In this document: positions 26,432-34,575 of the stretch, one piece after another | Position numbering within the stretch: the stretch's first letter is position 1 | Layout: each line of letters opens with the position of its first letter | Source: Minisyncoccia bacterium | GTDB lineage: Bacteria; Patescibacteriota; Minisyncoccia; Phycocordibacterales; DATGWK01 | DNA length: 57,877 nucleotides | Assembly: GCA_038259265.1 (NCBI GenBank) | Contig: JBBSOY010000002.1 | Span: 1-57,877, forward strand | Direction: 5' to 3' | The notes under the pieces: model-generated | What the model saw: the letters and a program-made list of their open reading frames with translations, nothing else | What the model was told of the DNA's origin: nothing | The model's database searches: none | Program-made: the position numbers and the translations under genes

Positions 26432-26554
26432 GTGAAAAAAGAAATAAAAAGATTTTCGGGCGACCAACAGCAGCGCATGCGAGCGGCACCGCGAATGCAA
26501 AGCATGCCAAAGAATGCCGGCATCAAACGCCAGAAAAAAGGCAGAAGTCGCTAG
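26432..26554 (+). CDS. possible very basic 40-aa peptide
   Basis: GTG-start ORF VKKEIKRFSGDQQQRMRAAPRMQSMPKNAGIKRQKKGRSR, followed by a terminator. No SD and no homology recognised. Confidence 0.15.
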   Translation: MKKEIKRFSGDQQQRMRAAPRMQSMPKNAGIKRQKKGRSR

Positions 26555-26597
26555 TCAGTGCTCGCTGTTCCACGACGAGCTAATAAAAGTAAAAACT

Positions 26598-26621
26598 CCG
26601 CGCAGCTCGTGCGGGGTTTTT
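26598..26621 (+). terminator. intrinsic terminator
   Basis: CCGCGCA-gctcg-TGCGGGG followed by TTTTT. Confidence 0.5.
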
Positions 26622-26695
26622 GTGCCCGTACCGTTTTAACAGCGTTGTCAGTCTGCTATACTCTATAGGTAATAACTTAACCAAGTTTAATATTT

Positions 26696-28534
26696 ATGAC
26701 ATTCCTACTTATTTCGTTCATCGCTGGGGTGCTCACGGTTTTAGCGCCGTGCATTTTGCCGTTGCTGCCAGTCGTGGTTGGCTCGTCGGCTTCTGGTCGA
26801 AGTAAGGCAACCCCATACATTATTGTGGCCTCGCTTGGTGTGTCCATCATTCTTTTTACTTTCTTGTTGAAAGTGTCATCACTTTTCATTACGGTACCGC
26901 CGGAAGTCTGGACCTACATTTCTGGCGGCATCCTAGTGCTTTTCGGCATCACCCTTGTCTTTCCGAATTTATGGGACACCGTGCCTGGAATGAACAAGCT
27001 GTCGATTGGTTCAAACAAGGTGCTCGGAAAAGGTTTTAAGAAAAAAAGTTTTTGGGGCGACGTGATTGTCGGCGCAGCACTCGGGCCGATTTTCTCTGCC
27101 TGTTCGCCAACGTATTTTGTTATTCTGGCGAGCGTGCTGCCAGCCAGTTTTTTTCTCGGCACGGTGTATCTTTTAACCTACACGATCGGTTTGAGTCTCG
27201 TGCTCTTGCTCATCGCCATTTTGGGTGAACGTTTTGCCAATCGTCTGACCGGTCTTTCAAATCCTGATTCTTGGTTTAAACGAGGGCTCGGCGTATTTTT
27301 TGTGCTCCTTGGAATTTTGATTATTTCTGGTTACGAAAAGAAACTCGAAGTCGGAATTTTAAATGCTGGATTTTTTGACATCACAAAGATCGAGCAAAAA
27401 CTTTTGGAAAAAGCCGACCCAGTATCTCCGGTAGAGAATTCAAATGAAAATAGTTTTGAACAAAATGAGAATGCAACGACAAGTGCAACCACCACTACCG
27501 CTACCACTTCAGAACAGAGTTCGATCACGAATATCGCTAAAAACATTGTGAAAAAAATCGCTCCAAAAAATCCGTATAAAGAAATAGTAAATCCGTCGGG
27601 GTTTGTGAACACCAATGATCAGCCGATTAAGATCGCAGATTATGTCGGCAAAAAAGTTATTTTGCTCGATATCCTGACGTACTCATGTATTAATTGCCAG
27701 CGTACGTTTCCATATGTCACCGCATGGTACGACAAATACAAAGACGATGGCCTGATCGTTATCGGCATCCATACGCCCGAGTTTGCTTTTGAAAAAGATA
27801 AGAAAAACGTGGAGGAAGCGATGGCGCGTTTCGGTATTACGTTCCCGGTCGTGCTCGACAATGACTACGGAACCTGGAATGCCTACGGCAATCGCTACTG
27901 GCCTCGAAAATACCTCATCGACATCAACGGCAGCATTGTGTACGACCATATTGGTGAAGGAGGTTACGAAGAAACCGAGCAGAAAATCCGAGAGCTTCTG
28001 GCCGAACGGTCGCAGGTTTTGGGCGAACAGATGAAAGACAATGGTGCGCTTGCAGCAACAGCGATCCCAAAAGTTGCCGTGACTTCGCAAAGTCCGGAAA
28101 CGTACCTTGGCTCTGCGCGAAATCAGAACTTTGGCAACGGTCAGTCTGGCAAAAGCGGGGAACAAACCTTCACGTTCCCGTCTACTTTTGAACCAAACAA
28201 GCTCTATCTCGATGGTACCTGGAATATCGTGCCGGAAAGTGCGACGGGGGTCGAAGATGCGAAGGTTGGCTATCGCTACAAAGCGAGCGATGTCTACCTG
28301 GTAATGAGTTCGCTCGCATCTGCTGGTACAGATATCGAGGTGTGGCAAGATGGAAAACTTTTGACCGGCTCGAATGCAGCCGGAGCTGGCGCGGATGTGA
28401 ATGCTTCCGGAATCGTTCATGTGAAGGAAAGTCGTTTGTACACACTGATCCACAATGCTGCGCCCGGCGAACATGTGCTCGAGCTTCGGGTGAAAGGTTC
28501 TGACGCCGTGCTTTACGCATTTACATTCGGATAA
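26696..28534 (+). CDS. DipZ-like fusion: CcdA/DsbD membrane electron transporter + thioredoxin-like (CxxC) + C-terminal beta-sandwich
   Basis: LAPCILPLLP is the CcdA motif. YSCINCQRTFP...WPRKYLID is the redoxin fold with CINC. The C-terminal LYLDGTWNIVPES...YRYKASDVYLVMS resembles the DipZ C-terminal domain. Confidence 0.75.
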   Translation: MTFLLISFIAGVLTVLAPCILPLLPVVVGSSASGRSKATPYIIVASLGVSIILFTFLLKVSSLFITVPPEVWTYISGGILVLFGITLVFPNLWDTVPGMNKLSIGSNKVLGKGFKKKSFWGDVIVGAALGPIFSACSPTYFVILASVLPASFFLGTVYLLTYTIGLSLVLLLIAILGERFANRLTGLSNPDSWFKRGLGVFFVLLGILIISGYEKKLEVGILNAGFFDITKIEQKLLEKADPVSPVENSNENSFEQNENATTSATTTTATTSEQSSITNIAKNIVKKIAPKNPYKEIVNPSGFVNTNDQPIKIADYVGKKVILLDILTYSCINCQRTFPYVTAWYDKYKDDGLIVIGIHTPEFAFEKDKKNVEEAMARFGITFPVVLDNDYGTWNAYGNRYWPRKYLIDINGSIVYDHIGEGGYEETEQKIRELLAERSQVLGEQMKDNGALAATAIPKVAVTSQSPETYLGSARNQNFGNGQSGKSGEQTFTFPSTFEPNKLYLDGTWNIVPESATGVEDAKVGYRYKASDVYLVMSSLASAGTDIEVWQDGKLLTGSNAAGAGADVNASGIVHVKESRLYTLIHNAAPGEHVLELRVKGSDAVLYAFTFG

Positions 28535-28605
28535 CAATCGGTTTCGGGTTTGTATTTGTTGTGGTAGATTCGGGAACATTCTCCAGTGTGGTAAAATTTT
28601 GAGCT

Positions 28606-29523
28606 ATGAATAATACCCTGCTGCAACTTTTAGCCACCAAACCCGGCCGCGATTACGAATTGCTCGACTCGGGCGGTAGCGAAAAGCTCGAACGTTTCGG
28701 TACGGTTGTTTTGCGCCGCCCAGATCCGCAGGCGCTTTGGAATAAAAATCTGCCGTTAGAAATGTGGGACAAAGCCGCCGCTACTTTTGTGCATTCTGGC
28801 CGGTCCGGTACTTGGAAAAAATCCGCGGTACTGGCCGACGCTCCGCTCGCCGAAATCTGGCCAATCGAACTCGCAGGCCTGACGTTCGGCATTTCGCTTT
28901 CGGCCTTCAAACACACAGGCATTTTTCCGGAACAATCTGAAAATTGGAATTGGATTCAGGAAACTGTCGAGCATGCAGTCCAAGCAAAACGACCCGTCAA
29001 TGTTCTCAACCTTTTTGGCTACACTGGCGGCGCGACTTTGGCTGCTGCAAAGGCTGGCGCCACAGTGTGCCACGTGGACGGCTCGAAAGTTTCGGTCGCT
29101 AAAGCTCGCGACAATGCAAAACGTTCCGGCCTCGACTCCAAGCCGATCCGTTGGATCATCGATGATGCGATGGCGTTTGTGAAAAGGGAAGCACGGCGCG
29201 GCAGCTGCTACGACGCGATTGTCATGGACCCGCCGGCATATGGTCATGGTCCGAAAAAAGAACTTTGGCAGATCGAATCCGATTTACCGCTTCTCATTGT
29301 TGAATGTCAAAAAATCCTTTCAAAAAATCCGCTGTTTGTGCTGGTAAACGGCTACGCATCTGGGTATTCTGCGGTCGCCTATAAAAACAATATTATCGAT
29401 TTGATCGGCGACCTCAATGCTAAAAAAGGGGACATCGAATGTGGTGAACTCGCTCTCGAAGCAAAAACTGAACGCCTTTTGCCCGCGGGTATTTTTGCTC
29501 GATGGCGATCTCGCGGTTTTTAG
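28606..29523 (+). CDS. class I SAM-dependent (rRNA-type) methyltransferase
   Basis: VLNLFGYTGGATLAAAKAGA...VDGS...IVMDPPAYG contains SAM motif I and the DPPxxG catalytic motif. Confidence 0.7.
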   Translation: MNNTLLQLLATKPGRDYELLDSGGSEKLERFGTVVLRRPDPQALWNKNLPLEMWDKAAATFVHSGRSGTWKKSAVLADAPLAEIWPIELAGLTFGISLSAFKHTGIFPEQSENWNWIQETVEHAVQAKRPVNVLNLFGYTGGATLAAAKAGATVCHVDGSKVSVAKARDNAKRSGLDSKPIRWIIDDAMAFVKREARRGSCYDAIVMDPPAYGHGPKKELWQIESDLPLLIVECQKILSKNPLFVLVNGYASGYSAVAYKNNIIDLIGDLNAKKGDIECGELALEAKTERLLPAGIFARWRSRGF

Positions 29524-29560
29524 ATTTCTATGATTTTACGGTTTAGCGTATGATGACCGT

Positions 29561-30082
29561 ATGAAGCTCAAGCAAATTTTTATCTTTTTTGCTCTCGTGA
29601 TGGTTATTTTTGTCGCGACGATTGCAATTTTTGTGTATAAAACATTTTCACCGAGCCGCGACGCGAGCCAGCCTCCGCAGTCTGTTTCCAATCCATACGG
29701 CGATCCAGGTTCTCAGTCGAATCTGCCGCCACCCGCTGCTTCCACAACGTCACCCTCCATTCCTTCTCAAGCAGACGGCCATACTGCCATCGACGACTGC
29801 ATTGCTCTCAAGTCGAGCGAGGCCCAGGGCAAACAATACGAACGCGGATCACTGCTCGTGAGTTTCAAAGACGGTGTCACTTTCAGCGCCGCGGTTTCCG
29901 ATATGAAAGCCCTGGAACTCGCCCCGGATATTTCCGAAAGTTCAAAAAATAATTTCTCGGAGTATCATTGGCTTTCGGTCGGGGTACCACGCGGAGAAGA
30001 GTTTAAATGGCAGTGTTTGATCGACACCGAAAGTACGGTAAAACGGGCGAACCTGAATACGACATTCGACCTTCGTCAGTAG
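29561..30082 (+). CDS. membrane-anchored hypothetical protein
   Basis: N-terminal TM, a Pro/Ser-rich linker and a small C-terminal domain. Confidence 0.45.
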   Translation: MKLKQIFIFFALVMVIFVATIAIFVYKTFSPSRDASQPPQSVSNPYGDPGSQSNLPPPAASTTSPSIPSQADGHTAIDDCIALKSSEAQGKQYERGSLLVSFKDGVTFSAAVSDMKALELAPDISESSKNNFSEYHWLSVGVPRGEEFKWQCLIDTESTVKRANLNTTFDLRQ

Positions 30083-30217
30083 CCGTAAGCCGGTTGAAGA
30101 ATTCGGATGGGTGATATTTGAATGCCGTCGCGTGAATGCGGCGCGTGTCGCCATCGGAAAAGTGGTGATACACTGTCTGAGGTATTAATCGCAATTATTT
30201 ATTAATAAAATACACAT

Positions 30218-31009
30218 ATGTTCAACACTCCCGAAGGAAATAAACTTATCAGATACGGTTCGATGGTGCTCATTGTGCTTGCGGTTTTTCTTGGTGTTCA
30301 GATTATCGTTTCACTCATGTCGCTTTCACATGCGGATCAGTACGAAATGAAAAATTCGATCAGCGTCAGCGGAAAGGGCGAAGTCAGCATTATTCCTGAC
30401 GTTGCAACATTCACATTCGGCGCTCAAGAAACGGCAAAAACCGTGGCCGATGCTCAGAAAAAAGTTACTGAAAAAATCGACAGCGCACTTACAATCGTCA
30501 AAGATTCAGGTGTTGAAGAAAAAGATATCAAAACTACAAGCTACAATATTTACCCTCATTACGTATACACTCAGGGAATCTGTACGCAGTTCCGATGTAA
30601 CCCAGGCACACAGACCATCGACGGCTACGAAGTCAGCCAGATGATCGAAGTAAAAGTGCGCGATACAGATAAGGCTGGAACACTTTTGGGTGATTTGGGC
30701 TCAGTCTCTGTTACAAATCTCAGCGGACTCACCTTTACTGTCGACAATCCTGAAGAACGACAAGCAGAAGCGCGAGCAAAAGCCATTGCTGCTGCCAAAC
30801 AAAAAGCTGAAACATTGGCCGACGACCTCGGTGTCGATTTGGGCGACGTGATCAGTTTTTACGATGAATCCAATGTGCCTCAGCCGTATTACGCTGCGGC
30901 TGCAAAGGACAGTATGATGATGGAACAATCGGCTCCGTCGGTTCAGATCCCTATGGGCGAAGGCATGGTTGTTTCAAATGTTTCTATTACGTACGAAATT
31001 CACAACTAG
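30218..31009 (+). CDS. SIMPL (DUF541) domain protein
   Basis: N-terminal TM, then ISVSGKGEVSIIPDVATFTFG...Y...GY.VSQ and a C-terminal VSNVSITYEI, as in SIMPL proteins. Confidence 0.65.
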   Translation: MFNTPEGNKLIRYGSMVLIVLAVFLGVQIIVSLMSLSHADQYEMKNSISVSGKGEVSIIPDVATFTFGAQETAKTVADAQKKVTEKIDSALTIVKDSGVEEKDIKTTSYNIYPHYVYTQGICTQFRCNPGTQTIDGYEVSQMIEVKVRDTDKAGTLLGDLGSVSVTNLSGLTFTVDNPEERQAEARAKAIAAAKQKAETLADDLGVDLGDVISFYDESNVPQPYYAAAAKDSMMMEQSAPSVQIPMGEGMVVSNVSITYEIHN

Positions 31010-31070
31010 TAAAAAATAGTTCGAAAGAATTCGAGAGGAAATAAAATAGATACGCAGCAGATAGTGCATA

Positions 31071-31097
31071 AAAATCCGGTCTCAAGGCCGGGTTTTT
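31071..31097 (+). terminator. intrinsic terminator
   Basis: CCGGTC-tcaa-GGCCGG followed by GTTTTT. Confidence 0.45.
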
Positions 31098-31184
31098 GCG
31101 TACCGGTCCATTTGACAGCTTCACTGAGAAAGGTATTATATAGACATTACGCCGCAGGGCGTTTTTTGTTATAATAAAAAATAT

Positions 31185-31364
31185 ATGAAAGTCGCTGAAT
31201 ATCTCAAAGAAACAAAAGCCGAAATGAAGCATGTGAGCTGGCCCACCCGTCCGCAGGCCATCGCCTTTACCGCAATCGTTATCGCTGTGTCCTTGGTCGT
31301 AGCCGCATATCTTGGTTTGCTCGACTACATTTACACCTACATTATTTCTCATTTTTTGATTTAA
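31185..31364 (+). CDS. secE: preprotein translocase subunit SecE
   Basis: Hand-translated 59 aa: MKVAEYLKETKAEMKHVSWPTRPQAIAFTAIVIAVSLVVAAYLGLLD. It lies immediately upstream of nusG. An extended -10 (TGTTATAAT) sits at 31167-31175. Confidence 0.85.
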   Translation: MKVAEYLKETKAEMKHVSWPTRPQAIAFTAIVIAVSLVVAAYLGLLDYIYTYIISHFLI

Positions 31365-31367
31365 CCC

Positions 31368-31913
31368 ATGTCAAAACAAAAAATCCAGGAAGGACGCAAT
31401 TGGTATGCGATCCACACATATGCCGGCTATGAAAACGCAGTGATGCGAAATCTCAAACAGCGCATCGAGTCGCTCGGTATGGAGGGAAAAATTTTCAATG
31501 TCATTGTGCCGACCGAAAAAAAGATCAAGGTCAAAGGCGGGAAGCGTGTTGTCGAAGAAGAAAAAATTTACCCGGGCTACATTTTGGTTGATATGTCGGT
31601 GACAGACGATTCCTGGTACGTCGTTCGAAATACGCCTCGCGTGACCGGCTTTGTTGGGTCTGGTGTCTATCCAGTGCCCCTCAGTGCCCCTGAAGTCGAT
31701 GTATTGTTTGCCCGAATGAATACCGATTCAGCTCGACATATCATCGATCTTTCTGTCGGAGACGCGATTAAAATTTCTGACGGTCCATTTAAAGAGCTCG
31801 AAGGCAAGGTGAGCGAAGTCGACAGCGAACGAGGCAAGGTCAAGGTGCTTGTGGCCATGTTCGGCCGCGAAACACCCGTCGAGCTCGACTTCTTGCAAGT
31901 CAAGAAGATTTAA
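31368..31913 (+). CDS. nusG: transcription termination/antitermination factor NusG
   Basis: WYAIHTYAGYENAV... forms the NGN domain. The C-terminal KOW is GDAIKISDGPFKELEGKV. Confidence 0.9.
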   Translation: MSKQKIQEGRNWYAIHTYAGYENAVMRNLKQRIESLGMEGKIFNVIVPTEKKIKVKGGKRVVEEEKIYPGYILVDMSVTDDSWYVVRNTPRVTGFVGSGVYPVPLSAPEVDVLFARMNTDSARHIIDLSVGDAIKISDGPFKELEGKVSEVDSERGKVKVLVAMFGRETPVELDFLQVKKI

Positions 31914-31980
31914 GGTATCGTAACGACACTCAAAAAAGTAGTAAATAAACTCAAAAATCAAAAGCTCATAAAATACACGT

Positions 31981-32406
31981 ATGGCAAAAAAAGTCGTTAA
32001 AGAATTAAAAATGATCATCGCCGGCGGAAAAGCCGTCCCTGGTCAGCAACTCGGCCCCGTTCTCGGTGCTGCTGGTATCAACATCGGCGAATTCGTGAAG
32101 CGTTTTAACGCTGAAACCCAGACTCGTGTCGGCGAACTCGTTCCAACCGTTGTACAGGTATACGACGACCGAACCTACAAAATGGTCTACAAGACCGAAC
32201 CTGCAAGCCAGATGATTTTGAAGGCGATCGGTGGCGAAAAGGGTTCCGCGACTCCAAACACGAAAAAGGTTGGCAAAATCACCAAAGCTGCTATCAAAAC
32301 TATTGCTGAAAAGAAAATGCCTGACTTGAATGCGCATGACATCAACGGCGCCATTAAAATCGTCGAAGGTACCGCTCGTTCTATGGGTGTTGAGGTGAAG
32401 GGCTAA
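31981..32406 (+). CDS. rplK: 50S ribosomal protein L11
   Basis: KMIIAGGKAVPGQQLGPVLGAAGINIGEFVKRFN is the canonical uL11 N-terminus. Confidence 0.95.
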   Translation: MAKKVVKELKMIIAGGKAVPGQQLGPVLGAAGINIGEFVKRFNAETQTRVGELVPTVVQVYDDRTYKMVYKTEPASQMILKAIGGEKGSATPNTKKVGKITKAAIKTIAEKKMPDLNAHDINGAIKIVEGTARSMGVEVKG

Positions 32407-32410
32407 CATT

Positions 32411-32488
32411 AAAAAAACCACATCGTATATTTTCTCCGAGGCAGCCCAACCCGCAAGCCTCTCCGAAAACATACGATGTGGTTTTTTT
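32411..32488. terminator. long A7/T7-flanked hairpin (bidirectional terminator)
   Basis: A7-CCACATCGTATATTTTC ... GAAAACATACGATGTGG-T7, with 16 of 17 positions paired and an inner GAGGC/GCCTC stem. Confidence 0.7.
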
Positions 32489-32535
32489 GTTTAGGCTGCT
32501 GGGGTACAATGATGAACATCTAAATACTGAATGAT

Positions 32536-33654
32536 ATGAAATCCGCCCTCGCCCTCACTCCAAATCAAAAAGGCGCTCTTCCGCACCAGACAATTTTAAA
32601 AATGATTGAAGCCGGTTTTATTGTCGGCGCGGAGGCCAAAAATGTTCGGCCGGCGTCGCTCGACGTTTCGGTTTCCAGCGAAATTTATAAAGTCGAAGGC
32701 ATTTTTCAGCCGCGTGTTGGCGAAACCGTGCGCGATGTTCTGAAGCAAATTAAAAAAGTAAAATATTCGCTTGATAAACCGCTCATGCGGGATCAAATGT
32801 ATATTGCACGTTTGAACGAAACGCTTGATCTGCCAAAAACGGTCTATGCATTTTGCAATCCAAAATCGACGAGCGGGCGTGTTGATTTGCATGTGCGACT
32901 TCTTGCAGACGGCGTGCCGCGGTACGACATGGTTGCGCCCGCTGGCTACAAAGGCGAGCTGTGGATCGCCATCATGCCGAAAACTTTTCCTGTAAAACTT
33001 TTCGAAGGCATTAGCTTAAATCAACTTCGTTTTTTCAATGCTGACACGCGTTTGAACGAGCTTGAAATCGAGCTTGCGATGCGTCAGTTTAATTTGATCT
33101 GGAGCGCTCAGAAAGAAAAAGCTTATACATATGATGATCTAAAAATTAAAGACGGCGACGGTTCAGTCATTTTGACGATCGATCTTGAAGGTGACGTTTT
33201 AGGATACGAAAGTATTGAGGCGACCGCTGCCCTTGATCTTTCAAAGATTGCCCATTTCGATTCTAAAAAATTCTTCAAACCGGTGAAGCTTAAAAACGGT
33301 TATCTCTATTTGGAAAAAGGGAAGTTTTATATTCTTTCGACGAACGAAGCGGTGCGAGTGCCTCCGAGCTTGGCCTGTGAAATGGTTTCCATGGATGACC
33401 GCAGCGGCGAATTTCGTTCTCATTATGCGGGGTTTATCGACCCGGGATGGGGTTGGGGCGAAAAAGGCGAGGGTAAGGGTCGTCAGCTGACGCTCGAAGT
33501 TCGTCCGTTCGAGGATCTCATTATTCGGCATGGTCAGCCTATCGGAAAAATTCGTTTCGAAAAAATGACTGAAATTCCCGAGCTCGTCTACGATGCGACA
33601 TCTTCAAATTATATTAAACAAGTCGGTCCGAAATTAGCGAAGCATTTTAAGTAG
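32536..33654 (+). CDS. dcd: long-form 2'-deoxycytidine 5'-triphosphate deaminase-like protein
   Basis: 372 aa. The N-terminus ...GALPHQTILKMIEAGFIVGA and overall length fit the ~370-aa DCD family. The context (dut, thyX, tmk) supports the call. Confidence 0.55.
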   Translation: MKSALALTPNQKGALPHQTILKMIEAGFIVGAEAKNVRPASLDVSVSSEIYKVEGIFQPRVGETVRDVLKQIKKVKYSLDKPLMRDQMYIARLNETLDLPKTVYAFCNPKSTSGRVDLHVRLLADGVPRYDMVAPAGYKGELWIAIMPKTFPVKLFEGISLNQLRFFNADTRLNELEIELAMRQFNLIWSAQKEKAYTYDDLKIKDGDGSVILTIDLEGDVLGYESIEATAALDLSKIAHFDSKKFFKPVKLKNGYLYLEKGKFYILSTNEAVRVPPSLACEMVSMDDRSGEFRSHYAGFIDPGWGWGEKGEGKGRQLTLEVRPFEDLIIRHGQPIGKIRFEKMTEIPELVYDATSSNYIKQVGPKLAKHFK

Positions 33655-33716
33655 CGGACACATTCCTCCGTGGGTTGAAACAAGAATTTTGATGTAACTG
33701 TGTTGCACGAAATACG

Positions 33717-33745
33717 TTGACAAATAGGTATTTTAGGTGTATACT
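33717..33745 (+). promoter_or_regulatory. sigma70-type promoter of cassette 1
   Basis: TTGACA, a 17-nt spacer, then TATACT. Confidence 0.6.
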
Positions 33746-33779
33746 GGTTAAGTAGTTCTTTGATACCGATTTGCGAGTT

Positions 33780-33827
33780 GGTCATAGCGAAAAGCGGCTT
33801 ACAAATAGGCCTCTCCTCGCTATGACC
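33780..33827 (+). repeat. perfect 11-bp inverted repeat in the cassette-1 leader
   Basis: GGTCATAGCGA, 26 nt, then TCGCTATGACC. Absent from the shorter leader of cassette 2. Confidence 0.7.
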
Positions 33828-33885
33828 ATACCGGCCAATAGTGCCTCCTCGGCGTAGAGGGAAATCAAAATGAAAGGATGACACC

Positions 33886-34305
33886 ATGACACAGATCATG
33901 ACTGCAGCAGAAATCACTGACGGCCAAATCGAAAACGCCGTCAACAAACTCCGCGACGCGATGCGCAAGCATCGTTCCGAGATCACCTCGGATGTCGCCC
34001 AACAGGTTCTCGGGGTCGAGAACCTCGGAATGTTGATGTTCACTCCCTTCCGCGAACGCGCTGAAGCGGTCTCGAACCTCATCGTCCGCAAGGCCACAGT
34101 GAATCGCAGCCGCTTTCCGCAAGAGGCGCTCGAAGCCACTGGTCGCGCGCAGTACACGGACCGCAAGGTCGTGGACGCGATGCCGAAAGGTGAGGGCAAC
34201 GAAGCCGAGGTTGTGTTCTTCAAACCCGACCTCTCGAAGCGCAACGGTTTCATCTCCGATAACGACCTCGAAAAGGAGTTCGATCTCCGTCGCCGCCGTG
34301 AATGA
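33886..34305 (+). CDS. cassette 1, upstream ORF (139 aa, unknown family, GC3-rich)
   Basis: AAAGGA SD 8-10 nt upstream. Paralogous to 41586-41990 (shared ...QQVL..., ...QYT..VV..MP.GEG.E..VVFFKP...GF). Ends at TGA 34303-34305. Confidence 0.6.
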   Translation: MTQIMTAAEITDGQIENAVNKLRDAMRKHRSEITSDVAQQVLGVENLGMLMFTPFRERAEAVSNLIVRKATVNRSRFPQEALEATGRAQYTDRKVVDAMPKGEGNEAEVVFFKPDLSKRNGFISDNDLEKEFDLRRRRE

Positions 34306-34477
34306 AGCCGATCCCGCCTTCGCTGATGAGAAGCCCCACGGCACTCATTGGAAAGATGCCAAGGGCAACTGGTGCTACGCCACGTTCAACCGTTGGGACG
34401 ACAAGCGCGGGGTGTACGTCGACCGCAGCGGCCTCGGCTGGATCGACGGCCGGTGGTTCGCCGGTGTTCGCAAGTAG
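34298..34477 (+). CDS. cassette 1, Trp-rich C-terminal module encoded in the +1 frame
   Basis: ...NEADPAFADEKPHGTHWKDAKGNWCYATFNRWDDKRGVYVDRSGLGWIDGRWFAGVRK is conserved with copy 2, and the differences are synonymous in this frame. The only candidate start is GTG 34298, which lacks an SD. The frame is open from 34190. Confidence 0.5.
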   Translation: MNEADPAFADEKPHGTHWKDAKGNWCYATFNRWDDKRGVYVDRSGLGWIDGRWFAGVRK

Positions 34478-34538
34478 TTCTCAACACTAAGCCACTTAGG
34501 ACTCCGGTCCTTAGAAATGTCCTTCATACTTAGTCCTT

Positions 34539-34575
34539 AGCCCTGTTCCGATTCGTCGGAGCGGGGCTAATTTTT
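34539..34575. terminator. intrinsic terminator (shared with convergent thyX)
   Basis: AGCCCTGTTCCGA-ttcg-TCGGAGCGGGGCT followed by AATTTTT. Confidence 0.7.

Noticed and set aside
27683-28579. Long antisense ORFs inside real genes: 298 aa opposite the dipZ-like gene, 244 aa at 21982-22716, 203 aa at 9098-9709, 180 aa at 43074-43616, and 144-149 aa opposite the pilin gene.
   Set aside because: They lie fully within, and opposite to, genes with clear homology or structure. They have Arg/Ser/Cys-rich shadow-frame composition and no motifs.
31112-31167. A consensus-like promoter (TTGACA-17-ATTATA) followed within a few nt by a short hairpin plus T-run (ACGCC-gcag-GGCGT-TTTTT) upstream of secE. 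It could be a tiny sRNA or an attenuator.
   Set aside because: The stem is only 5 bp. The hairpin may simply be a second terminator for the SIMPL gene. secE has its own extended -10 (TGTTATAAT) right after it. Not enough evidence for an RNA element.
34303-34305. Possibility that TGA is a sense codon (code 4 or code 25, as in some CPR lineages), which would remove the cassette stops.
   Set aside because: Reading through TGA in the upstream frame gives non-conserved text with further stops (RE*SRSRLR**E). The conserved module is in a different frame. All large housekeeping genes are intact under the standard code, and at least one other gene (19264-20115) ends in TGA.
34302-34490. ATGA-overlap ORFs in the third frame of both cassettes (MKPIPPSLMRSPTAL... 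here, and MTKPSSAVASSP... starting at 41987), which look translationally coupled to the upstream stop.
   Set aside because: Nucleotide differences between the two copies fall on positions that are synonymous in the Trp-rich frame but change amino acids in this frame. The products are low-complexity Pro/Ser/Thr/Ala. They are most likely overprinted noise of GC-rich DNA.
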